Shown here: one piece after another, positions 1-8,510 of the stretch
How the letters are laid out: each line of letters begins with the position of its first letter
Numbering within the stretch: position 1 is the stretch's first letter
Source: Nannocystales bacterium
Lineage (GTDB): Bacteria > Myxococcota_A > Polyangia > Nannocystales > Nannocystaceae
NCBI GenBank assembly: GCA_050633305.1
Contig: JBOEGF010000005.1
Location: 96,001-160,000, forward strand
Reading direction: 5' to 3'
DNA: 64,000 bases
The notes under the pieces: model-generated
What the model was told of the DNA's origin: nothing
Seen by the model: only the letters and a program-made list of their open reading frames with translations
Databases searched by the model: none
Translations under genes and position numbers: made by a program

Positions 1-5
1 GCGCG

Positions 6-1823
6 ATGCGCCGACCTACCGTCCGTTCCTCCGTCGTCCTCGGTTTGACGCTGCTCGCAGCGCCGAGCTGCCGCGTTCAGGTCGGCAACACTTCGAAGCC
101 TGCGACCGGCTCCGAGCCGGTCTCCAAGGCTCCGGACGCGGACGCCGATGACCGCCAGCAGGACACGCCCAAACGGGCGAACCCGGCCAACCCGAAGGCG
201 TCGAGGGTCTCCGTTTGGGGTCACTTCGTGGTTCCAGCCCCCGATAAGACGATCGCGCGCATGGCCGACCAGTACGCACCCCCGGGCGTGGGTGCCATGC
301 TGAGCGTGAGCCAGGTGAAGTCCATGCTCACCATCCCGCTCGAAGGACGCGGCGAGGTTGCGAAGCATCTGGACCTCACCAAGCCGGCGGGGTGCGTGCT
401 GGTCAACCACAAGCAGCACGAGAACCCGGTCGCGTGTGCGGTCGGCTACGAAGGCGGCATCGCGCAGCTTGTCGAGGACATGGGCCAAGAGGGCTACAAG
501 TCCGGCGGAGCGGACTACGCCGCGTACGAAGTCTCTGGTGAGACGTTTTACTTCAAGGGCTGGGGAGACCACGTCGGCGTCGCACTCGACCCGTCCCTGC
601 TCGCGGATGTGGGCTCGACGATCGAAGCCTCGATCATTCAGCCGCGCAAGGGAGACCGAGACTTCTACTCTGAAGCGAAGCCGAAGGTGATCTTCGCGGA
701 CGCGCGGCAGGAGATCGAAGCCATGTTCTCCGAGATGGAGCAGGCCATGAGCTCGGCGCCCGCGGGCACGCCAGGGGCCGAGTATGCGGGCGCGTCGAGC
801 AAGGCGGCGATGGACATGTATCGCAGCTTCGCGGACCTCAAGTCCGCGGAATTCTTGTTCCGCGTCGGCAAGCAGCGCAGCCGAGCGACGTATCGCAGCA
901 CGCCAGCGAAGGGCACCGACACGGAGACGCAGTACGCCCGCGACGCGAAGCTCCCCGACGTGGACGTGTCGATGATGGAGGCTCTGCCCGACGACTCGTT
1001 CTTCGTCGGTGGCATGAGCTTCGACTTTGCCCACGTGCTGGAGGACCCGTGGATCGGGCCGTACATGCGGGTGCTCAGCCAGATGAAGACCGCAGATGGG
1101 ACGGATCTTGGCGAGACGATGACCCAGATGTTCGCGGACATGGGCGAGGTCATGGCCGGACCGGTCGCGATGGCAGCCTTCCCGGTCAAGGGCAGCGCGG
1201 GGGCCATGGTGGGTAGCTACGCCGTCAACCCCGGCAAGGAGGCGATGCCGGTGATGCGGCGGTTCCTGGTGTCCTACAAGCTCGAGACATTGATGCCGAG
1301 CTTCGGTGAGTACGTGAAGACGACGTACAAGAAGGGCGCCTTCACAGTGGCCGGCGTCAAGGCTGACACCTTCACCCTCACGCCGACCAAGAAGACGCTC
1401 GCCGAGATGAAGAAGAGCTCCGACTTCGCCAAGATGAAGAAGATGCTCGGGCAGGTCCAGTTCACGATGGCGTACGCCGAGAAGGACGGCCGGATGTATC
1501 TGGTCATGACCACCGCCAAGCCGAAGAAGGCTCTCGAGAAGATGCTCAAAGCAGCCTCCGGGAAGGGCAACATCGGGAAGTTCGGGAGCGCACGCAAGCT
1601 GGTCAAGAAACACGCCGACGGGACGACGCTACTGATGCTCGACGTCAAGGGGGCGACCGCTTGGATGCGTTCGCTCGACTTCGACGGTGAACTCGACGGC
1701 ATGCCGAAGATGGGTCTTGGACTCGACGATGTGGTGTGGACCGGAGGCGTCAACAAGAAGGGCAAGAAGGAGTACGAGTTCTCCTTCTCCCAACCGTTCA
1801 TCGATCAGCTTCGCAGCTTGTAG
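6..1823 (+). CDS. hypothetical lipoprotein (605 aa)
   Basis: Long ORF with GC-rich third codon positions; basic N-terminus, hydrophobic stretch and Cys (LLAAPSC). Confidence 0.8.
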   Translation: MRRPTVRSSVVLGLTLLAAPSCRVQVGNTSKPATGSEPVSKAPDADADDRQQDTPKRANPANPKASRVSVWGHFVVPAPDKTIARMADQYAPPGVGAMLSVSQVKSMLTIPLEGRGEVAKHLDLTKPAGCVLVNHKQHENPVACAVGYEGGIAQLVEDMGQEGYKSGGADYAAYEVSGETFYFKGWGDHVGVALDPSLLADVGSTIEASIIQPRKGDRDFYSEAKPKVIFADARQEIEAMFSEMEQAMSSAPAGTPGAEYAGASSKAAMDMYRSFADLKSAEFLFRVGKQRSRATYRSTPAKGTDTETQYARDAKLPDVDVSMMEALPDDSFFVGGMSFDFAHVLEDPWIGPYMRVLSQMKTADGTDLGETMTQMFADMGEVMAGPVAMAAFPVKGSAGAMVGSYAVNPGKEAMPVMRRFLVSYKLETLMPSFGEYVKTTYKKGAFTVAGVKADTFTLTPTKKTLAEMKKSSDFAKMKKMLGQVQFTMAYAEKDGRMYLVMTTAKPKKALEKMLKAASGKGNIGKFGSARKLVKKHADGTTLLMLDVKGATAWMRSLDFDGELDGMPKMGLGLDDVVWTGGVNKKGKKEYEFSFSQPFIDQLRSL

Positions 1824-1847
1824 CGGGGCGGGTGTACCGTGGTGGCG

Positions 1848-2957
1848 ATGGTCGCCCGGCGTTGGTTGGTCCCCCTCGTTGTCCTGCTCCCCTCGTGCCA
1901 TCGCCCGCCGGCTCCATCCGCGCCTTTGGAGCCGGTCGTCGCGGGCCCTCGAGAGCCCGCGGCCGCACGGCGACAGCAGGAGTCCGGTCCTCGCGAGGTC
2001 ACCTCTGCGGACCGACGCATTCTCGAGCGGGGTGTCGCTGCGATGGAGGCCGGAGACGCCGAGGGTGCACGGTTGATCTTCGTGGGACTGCTCGACCGCT
2101 ACCCGCAGAACGCGGAAGTCTCCGGATTCCTCGATGCGGCGGTGGAGGCGAAGCAGCAGGACGAAGTTCGGCGAGAATCGATGCGTCCCGTCCCCGTCAA
2201 GGCTGTTGCGCTGCGGCGGCACAAGGTTCGAGACGCACCGGTTCGCCAGGGGGAAAAACCCAAGTTGGTGCTGGCATCCAAGACCCGCAACAAGATCATC
2301 GACGTGGAGGCGTGGTTCGAAGCGAATGACCTGCGTCGCCCGGATTGGCAAGTCCCCACGCCGCACGGGTCGGTCGAGGTGGATGTGCCGGCCTGGATTC
2401 CACGTGAACTCGACGGGCGGCGGCTCGTGCAAGCAATGGAGGACCAAGAGCACTCGATCGCGCTGTACGCCAAGACGTACTGGCGGGGCCGGGTGCTGCT
2501 GGTTTTTGATGCGAATCGAGACGTCGTCGCCGCGTACGATTTTTCCGCCTGGTCCGGGTCGGAGCCGCGGGGCGACGGTGAGGCCTCCGACCGTCGTGTT
2601 CTGTGGGCCTCGGTTCGTGAAGGGGTGCTGTTCGTCTCTTCGGGGCACTTCGGCTATGCGAAGGAGTCCGGAGGGCGCACGGCGTACCTCTCGGCCCTAG
2701 ACCTCTCGAGCGGAGAGCTGCTTTGGCGCAGCGACCCTCTGGTCGCCAACGCACGAAACTTCCTCTACAAGGACGGCTACATCATCAGTGGCTACGGGTT
2801 CACGGCCGAACCCGACTTCTTGTTCGTGGTCGATGCGAAGACGGGCGAGACCGTGACGAAGATCAAGTTGCGCAAAGGCCCCGAGATCATCCTCGAGAAG
2901 AACGCGCAGGTGTTCGTGCGGACCTACGACACCGACTACGTGTTCGACTTGCGCTGA
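1848..2957 (+). CDS. lipoprotein with TPR-like helix pair and C-terminal PQQ-like beta-propeller repeats
   Basis: LLPSC lipobox; GVAAMEAGDAEGA...YPQN TPR-like segment; LSALDLSSGELLWR and VVDAKTGE propeller motifs; ATG at 1848 lies 7 nt after TACCGT. Confidence 0.7.
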   Translation: MVARRWLVPLVVLLPSCHRPPAPSAPLEPVVAGPREPAAARRQQESGPREVTSADRRILERGVAAMEAGDAEGARLIFVGLLDRYPQNAEVSGFLDAAVEAKQQDEVRRESMRPVPVKAVALRRHKVRDAPVRQGEKPKLVLASKTRNKIIDVEAWFEANDLRRPDWQVPTPHGSVEVDVPAWIPRELDGRRLVQAMEDQEHSIALYAKTYWRGRVLLVFDANRDVVAAYDFSAWSGSEPRGDGEASDRRVLWASVREGVLFVSSGHFGYAKESGGRTAYLSALDLSSGELLWRSDPLVANARNFLYKDGYIISGYGFTAEPDFLFVVDAKTGETVTKIKLRKGPEIILEKNAQVFVRTYDTDYVFDLR

Positions 2958-4003
2958 GCCGTGTTCGCGCCAGCTTGACGAGCGCGGGCGAGGTTCTCGC
3001 GCTTGACCAGCTGACCGCAGGCCGCTTCGATGTCCCGCCCCAGGCTGTGGCGGAGCGTCGTGGTTCGGCCGGCGGCCTTGAGCAGGTCCGAAAACGCCGA
3101 GCAGCGTTGTGCCGTGGAGCCCTGAAGCGCGGCGCCGTCGACCGGGTTGAACGGGATCAGGTTCAGGTGCACGTCGAGACCCTCCGTCCACTCGATGAGC
3201 GCGGCGGCGTCGGCATCGGTGTCGTTGACGCCGTTGAGCATCAGGTACTCGAGCATGACCGCCCGGTTTTGCAAGGCATTGACCTGTACGAGGGTTTCGC
3301 GGAGCTGCGGGAGCGGGTATCGCTTGGCGATCGGCATGATCGACTGCCGAGGCTCATCACGGACGCTGTGTAGGCTGAGCGCCAGCCCCACGCTGGGAAA
3401 CCGACGCGCAAACCGGAGCATGCCGTCGGTGATGCCGACCGTGGATACCAAGATCTTCTTGGGGGAGAGGTTGAACCACGCTGGGTCGGTGAGGCGCTCG
3501 ATGACCTCGACGAGGACGTCCTCGTTGTGGAAAGGCTCGCCCATCCCCATGAACACGACATTGCGGGGGCGCCGGCCTTCGGTCGCCAGCAATTGGCCGG
3601 CTTGAAACACCTGGTCGAGGATCTCGGCGGCGCTCAAGCTCCGGGCAATGCCCATCGTTCCGGTCGCGCAGAAACGGCACGCCGCGGCACACCCGACCTG
3701 GCTGGAAACGCATAGGGTCGTGCGACCGGTCGCGATCCGAAGGATGACAGACTCGGTGAGCAGTCCCGACGAGGTGCGAAACAGAAGCTTCGAGGCGCCG
3801 TCGATCTTCGAATCGTGGCGTTGTTCGAGCACGAGGGGGTGCAGCCCCAGCGGTGCGAGGGCGGCTGCACGCGCCAGGCCTTGGGCGTCAGGCTCGAAGT
3901 CCTTGAGCAGCGCGTTGCGGAGCAGCCGGACCTGCTCAGGGTCGGTGCGCGTTGCTTTCCGTAGCGCCTCCAGGGCTTCGGCGTCGAAGAACGGGGTGTC
4001 CAT
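2936..4003 (-). CDS. rlmN: RlmN-family radical SAM RNA methyltransferase
   Basis: CVSSQVGCAAACRFCATG, FMGMGEP, SLH, NLIPFNP, C-terminal AACGQL; may be a paralog rather than the main rlmN. Confidence 0.9.
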   Translation of the reverse strand: MDTPFFDAEALEALRKATRTDPEQVRLLRNALLKDFEPDAQGLARAAALAPLGLHPLVLEQRHDSKIDGASKLLFRTSSGLLTESVILRIATGRTTLCVSSQVGCAAACRFCATGTMGIARSLSAAEILDQVFQAGQLLATEGRRPRNVVFMGMGEPFHNEDVLVEVIERLTDPAWFNLSPKKILVSTVGITDGMLRFARRFPSVGLALSLHSVRDEPRQSIMPIAKRYPLPQLRETLVQVNALQNRAVMLEYLMLNGVNDTDADAAALIEWTEGLDVHLNLIPFNPVDGAALQGSTAQRCSAFSDLLKAAGRTTTLRHSLGRDIEAACGQLVKRENLARARQAGANTAQRKSNT

Positions 4004-4124
4004 CGTGAACCCGCGGAGTGTAGAGCATCACGACGATCCGCACCCGGGGCGCGCCGAGACGTTTCGAGAATCAACGCGCATGTGGGTCCGAGAGGGTCTC
4101 GGAACGCGGCGTGGGCGCTCGTTC

Positions 4125-5204
4125 CTACTGAAGTCCACAGGACTCGCCCGGAACACACGCGTCACACGACCAGGTGAACCCGTCGAGGACGACCACCGTG
4201 TCACGGTCCCGCGGTCCCTGGTCGAAGAGGGCGGCGACGAGGTGAATCGTCTCTCCTGGAACAGCGGGCCCGCGAAGTTGCATCCACCCCGTCGCGGCGC
4301 CGATTGGGCAGTCTTCGACTTGCTCGCCCGCCACGTCGCAGGGTGCTCCCGTCCTGCCGTCCATTCCTGTGCGCTGGAGCATTGGGTGCTCACCAGAGAA
4401 CTCGTGCATTCGCGTTGCCAGACCTGTCACCGTCGCCGCCTCGCCTTGCCAGGTGGCGAGGTTGCCGACGTAGTCCTGGCTCTCGTGCCACCACACGAAC
4501 AGGTCGCTCGCAGCGTCGCCCACCGCCTCGGGGTACTCCGCGCTGAGTAAGCCGACTCGCATCGTGTAGCCATAGGCTTCGTCAGGGACGGTGGCATCGA
4601 CCGTGAACCAGATGAGGTCGTCCGCGGCTCCATGAAAGGCCGTCGCGAGCGTCCCCGAGCAGTCTCCGATGCCATCACACTCGACGTAGGGCATTGCCGA
4701 TGCGCTCGCGGGTGCGACGACGATCCCTTCGGGGAGCGAAGACACGCTGTCCTGGTTGTCGTTGTTGACCGACCCGAGTTCCGCGGCGCGCGCTTCCACG
4801 TTGACTTCGTCGACCAGCCCCGCCTCAGGCAGAGTGCCGGTGCTCAGCACGAGGACAGCTTCCGAGTCGCCCGCGACCCACGTCGCGTTGCCGAACTCTC
4901 GGGCCCGCCGCCACGCGTTGACGTCCGCGCTCTCAAATCGCGCCGCGGCAATGCCGTCGTAGCAGGCGATCTCCGGAGCGCGCAGCGGGTCTACCGCCTC
5001 ATCACACCCCGCCAGGGGGAAGGGTGCCGCGCACGGCTCGCCGGAGGAGCCGGATCCGGCGACGTCTGTCTCTCCTGCGCCTGAGCCCGATCCTGCTCCG
5101 ATGGCCGAAGGCTCCGATTCGTGTGCAACGGCGGCGACGTAGCTCTCGGTGCACCCCGCAACGAGTACGGCGAACACGGCTGCCGCTCGGAGCCACGGGG
5201 TCAC
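4125..5204 (-). CDS. lipoprotein, probable choice-of-anchor L-like domain
   Basis: LVAGC lipobox; VLSTG, SAEYPE, DLF, ATGW, DTVVVLDGF motifs. Confidence 0.65.
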   Translation of the reverse strand: MTPWLRAAAVFAVLVAGCTESYVAAVAHESEPSAIGAGSGSGAGETDVAGSGSSGEPCAAPFPLAGCDEAVDPLRAPEIACYDGIAAARFESADVNAWRRAREFGNATWVAGDSEAVLVLSTGTLPEAGLVDEVNVEARAAELGSVNNDNQDSVSSLPEGIVVAPASASAMPYVECDGIGDCSGTLATAFHGAADDLIWFTVDATVPDEAYGYTMRVGLLSAEYPEAVGDAASDLFVWWHESQDYVGNLATWQGEAATVTGLATRMHEFSGEHPMLQRTGMDGRTGAPCDVAGEQVEDCPIGAATGWMQLRGPAVPGETIHLVAALFDQGPRDRDTVVVLDGFTWSCDACVPGESCGLQ

Positions 5205-5425
5205 GCCCTGAGCTTCGCACTGTAGGGACTATCCCGATAGCGTTGCCTCAACGCGCCGCTGGCGTGCTCGGCCTCCGCGCTTCATCTCGGAACCCGAGTC
5301 GCGTGAATGTCGCCACGGGCGGGCGTCGTCTGCGAGGTTCGACCGCGCCCCGTGGTCGAGCTGCTGCGACGCGAGGTTCATCCGGTCTGCTCGGGTCGTG
5401 GCGGATCATGTCCGCACCAAGTCAT
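5201..5425 (-). pseudogene. remnant of TPR-type anti-sigma gene
   Basis: ATG overlaps the sigma stop (ATGA) and the final TGA overlaps the next GTG; two in-frame TGA stops; TPR-like fragments spread over three frames, ending ALRQRYRDSPYSAKLRA. Confidence 0.55.
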
Positions 5426-6003
5426 GCGCTCGCGCCCTTCGTACCCAGCTGGATGTCACGCCTGATCGCGGCGCGGACTCGGGTCATGGCTTTGTCGATA
5501 CGAGAGCGCACGGTCGGAACGGGAGCTCCGGTGAATTCCGCGATCTCGGGGATGGTGTGACCGAGGCTGTGCCGCAACACGAGCGCGGTGCGTTGCGCCT
5601 CCGGAAGGGCGTCGAGGTAGGCTTCGAGCGGCCGCGCCAGCGCCTCTGCGCCGGGGGTGGCTTGTGGGGCGGACGGCGCCTGGTCGGGGTTGTGCTCGTA
5701 CATCGCCGGCGTTCCGTGGCGAGCGTTCCATCGAACGACGCTGCGGGCCGCGACACGAGAAGCCCAGCCTTCGAGGGATCCACGGGCGGCGTAGTGTCCG
5801 GCGGAGCGGAGGATCTCGAGTGTGGCGACCTGAGCTGCGTCTTGGGCGTCGGTGGCAGTCCGCGTCAGACGGCGCGCAGCATGTCGGACGACGGGCATGA
5901 GTTGGCGGGCGAGGGCTTCCGCAGCGGCGCGCTCTCCCTGGGCAACGCGCTTGCACAGAGCGAGTTGGGCGTCGCGTTCCGGCGTTGGTGCGTTTCGAGC
6001 CAC
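5422..6003 (-). CDS. ECF RNA polymerase sigma factor
   Basis: DAQDAAQVATLEIL and GSLEGWASRVA (region 2); LDALPEAQRTALVLR...EIAEFTGAPVPTVRSRI (region 4); GTG start at 6003. Confidence 0.9.
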   Translation of the reverse strand: MARNAPTPERDAQLALCKRVAQGERAAAEALARQLMPVVRHAARRLTRTATDAQDAAQVATLEILRSAGHYAARGSLEGWASRVAARSVVRWNARHGTPAMYEHNPDQAPSAPQATPGAEALARPLEAYLDALPEAQRTALVLRHSLGHTIPEIAEFTGAPVPTVRSRIDKAMTRVRAAIRRDIQLGTKGASA

Positions 6004-6015
6004 GCGCACTTCATC

Positions 6016-6050
6016 GTGAAGCAAACGCTGGTGGAATGGATGAAAAAAAA
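6016..6050 (-). promoter_or_regulatory. putative ECF autoregulatory promoter T8-CATCCAT-N13-GCTTCAC
   Basis: Same motif, spacing and 12-nt distance to the start codon as the copy at 7099-7133. Confidence 0.6.
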
Positions 6051-6073
6051 GTCGGTGTGCGGCGCGGGAAACG

Positions 6074-7054
6074 TCAGGAAAGGGGGGCTGTCGTCCATCG
6101 GTAGCCGACTCCGACCCACATCGTTCCGGCGGCGGGATCGGTCTCGAACAAGGCTGTACTGTCCGTTCCAGCGGATCTGTCGAGCGTGGCGGCCAGGACC
6201 CAACCGAGCACGCCCACCCGCGCAGAAACGAACCATCCGTCCCGAATCTGCACTCGCAGCGAAGCCTCTGCGCCCAGGGCGAGACGAGGGGCCCATCCCG
6301 GTTGAGCGCGGGAGGAGGGCGGTGCGCCTGACCAGCCCAGTCCCTCGGCCGCGGCGACGACGTATATGCCGGGCTGCAGTCGCGCGTCGGGGCGGATGCG
6401 GGCGCCGGCCCTGAGGTGCCCGCCAACCCGCTGGACCTGCAGACCGGCGCTGGCGTGTGGGGGCGTGTACACGATGCCGCCGCCGACCGCGAAACCAGAC
6501 CGCGTCCGAACATCGAGGTCGAAGCCCCCACCGGAGTGCCAGCGCTGTTTGGAACCCCCCGAATCGCCCCGGTACCCCATCGCGAGGGCCCACTGCGTCC
6601 CCATGGGGGCAAGCGCTGGCGTCGGTTCGGGTTCCGGCGTCGGTTCGGGCTTCGGTTCGGGTTCGGGCAGCGGTGCGCTGAGCATGCTGCGAATCAGTAC
6701 TCCGAGTGACTCCAGAAGCAGGCCGGCTTCGTCCTGTGGCGGCAGCGTTCGGACCCAGGCTTGCCGAGCTCCGGCGCGCTGCATCGCAACCCTTAGGCTG
6801 CCATCATCCTGCCGCGTGAGCTCGACCTGGACGGTCGAGGGGGGCCATGGGCGTTCACCGGGCGCAAAATCCACGTGAACGTCGTAGCCGAGGTCCGCGA
6901 AGTGGCCTTCGAGCGCGCGTTGGACGGTCGCCTCCGCCAAGCCCAGCTCGGACGCACTCCGGACCTCCAGGACCTGGCTCGTCGTCGACGAAGCACGGCT
7001 TGGGACCGCGGGCTCCGCGAACAGCGTCGCGAGCGCGATGACAGCCGCCAACAC
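6074..7054 (-). CDS. exported protein with Pro-rich linker and probable C-terminal beta-barrel
   Basis: Signal peptide; PEPEPKPEPTPEPEP linker; amphipathic strands ending MWVGVGYRW. Confidence 0.7.
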   Translation of the reverse strand: MLAAVIALATLFAEPAVPSRASSTTSQVLEVRSASELGLAEATVQRALEGHFADLGYDVHVDFAPGERPWPPSTVQVELTRQDDGSLRVAMQRAGARQAWVRTLPPQDEAGLLLESLGVLIRSMLSAPLPEPEPKPEPTPEPEPTPALAPMGTQWALAMGYRGDSGGSKQRWHSGGGFDLDVRTRSGFAVGGGIVYTPPHASAGLQVQRVGGHLRAGARIRPDARLQPGIYVVAAAEGLGWSGAPPSSRAQPGWAPRLALGAEASLRVQIRDGWFVSARVGVLGWVLAATLDRSAGTDSTALFETDPAAGTMWVGVGYRWTTAPLS

Positions 7055-7098
7055 GGTGGCCCACGGTACCCCAATCGCGGCGAGGACCCCCGTCGTTC

Positions 7099-7133
7099 TT
7101 TTTTTTCATCGATCGCGACGACGACGGTTCCAC
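7099..7133 (+). promoter_or_regulatory. putative ECF-dependent promoter T8-CATCGAT-N13-GTTCCAC
   Basis: Matches the motif upstream of the neighbouring ECF gene; 12 nt before ATG 7146. Confidence 0.6.
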
Positions 7134-7145
7134 CGACCATACGAG

Positions 7146-8510
7146 ATGGAGCGGAGCGAGCAGCGACTGCGAAGGAGAACCTTTCTGCGGATGGTGGGGA
7201 TCGGAATGACGGCCCCCTTCGCCGCGCAAATGGCTTCGTGGGTTCACGCCGACCCCGGCGACCGTCCGGTCCGCCTGATGATCTTCTACGTTCCTCACGG
7301 CTGGCCGATCGAGGCCGTCGACCCCGGCGGGCAAGGAAACGCCTTCTTCACAGGCGATGTGCTGTCCCCGTTGGCCTCCGTTCAGGACCAGGTCACGGTG
7401 GTGCGCGGGATCGGCATGAACGACGGCGCGACCAACCACGCTGCGATCCGCACCGTCCTGACAGGGCGCGCGGAGGGCGGAGACGACGACTCGATCGACC
7501 GGCGAATCGCTGAGGCGCTCGGGGTGCCGGCGCACGTGCTGGGCACCGTCCCCTACGCCTCGTTCGCAGGCTTCAGCGTTGACTCGTTCCTCACGAAACA
7601 CGGCGGCGCATGGGTTCGGCCGACGGAGAACCCTGTCGATGCCGCGGAGACCTTGCTGGGTTCGCTGGGCTCAGGTGCAGACCCCAAGAGCGGACCCACC
7701 GATGCCGACTTCCGGCGCCAAGCTCTGGCGTTGACCGAGCGCGAGTTGGAGGTGATGCACGACTCGATCTCGGGGCTGACCTCGGAGGAGTCGAAGCTGT
7801 CCATTCACCTCGAGGCTGTCCGCGCGCTCAAAGCCGGGGGCGGAAGCGGTCCCAACCTCGTGACGTGCGAGGAGCGACCCGTCCTCCCCGCGGTCGATGC
7901 CATGAAGGGGCTCGATGCGCTCGACCCGGCCAACTTCGGACGGGTCCTCGATGCGCATCTCGAGGTGATCTCCGCCTCGCTGACCTGCGGGACGGCCCAG
8001 GTGGTCACGCTCCAGAACATGTACGTGAACGGCCAGGTCCCCTTCAACTTTTCCGGTGGCCCCGGCATCGCGAAGGGACACCACGATCCGATCTCGCACT
8101 CCTGGGATGCCGCGGGACGCACCGAGTTTGCGACCTGCCAGCGATGGTTCTTCGAGCGGCTCATGGAGAAGGTCATCACCCCTCTGTCGACGACGCCCGA
8201 CCCCTCCGACTCGGACCCCAACAACATGGTCCTGGACAACACGCTCATCTACGTGTGCTCGGAAATCAGCGACGGGGCGAACCACAACTCCGACGCTTCG
8301 CAAGTCTGGGTGGATGGTGTGGGCTACGACAACTATCTGCCCCAGGTTCTGATCGGCGGCGGGGGAGGCTGCATACGATCCGGGGAGGTCATCAATACGC
8401 CGGGGCGCTCCAACATGGAGATGCTTGCAACGATTGGGGAGGCGATGGGGGTCGGTGGACTGTCGATCGGCGGAGAGACGCCCAAGGTGATCGGGGAGGT
8501 GTTGGCATGA
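7146..8510 (+). CDS. DUF1552-family protein (Tat signal)
   Basis: RRRTFLR twin-arginine motif; RLMIFYVPHG, SIDRRIA, KLSIHLEAVRAL, HHDPISH, LDNTLIYVCSEISDG. Confidence 0.85.
   Translation: MERSEQRLRRRTFLRMVGIGMTAPFAAQMASWVHADPGDRPVRLMIFYVPHGWPIEAVDPGGQGNAFFTGDVLSPLASVQDQVTVVRGIGMNDGATNHAAIRTVLTGRAEGGDDDSIDRRIAEALGVPAHVLGTVPYASFAGFSVDSFLTKHGGAWVRPTENPVDAAETLLGSLGSGADPKSGPTDADFRRQALALTERELEVMHDSISGLTSEESKLSIHLEAVRALKAGGGSGPNLVTCEERPVLPAVDAMKGLDALDPANFGRVLDAHLEVISASLTCGTAQVVTLQNMYVNGQVPFNFSGGPGIAKGHHDPISHSWDAAGRTEFATCQRWFFERLMEKVITPLSTTPDPSDSDPNNMVLDNTLIYVCSEISDGANHNSDASQVWVDGVGYDNYLPQVLIGGGGGCIRSGEVINTPGRSNMEMLATIGEAMGVGGLSIGGETPKVIGEVLA

Noticed and set aside
2936..4003. Cfr-type resistance methyltransferase
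   Set aside because: Visible motifs are shared by RlmN and Cfr; nothing specifically supports Cfr without a phylogeny
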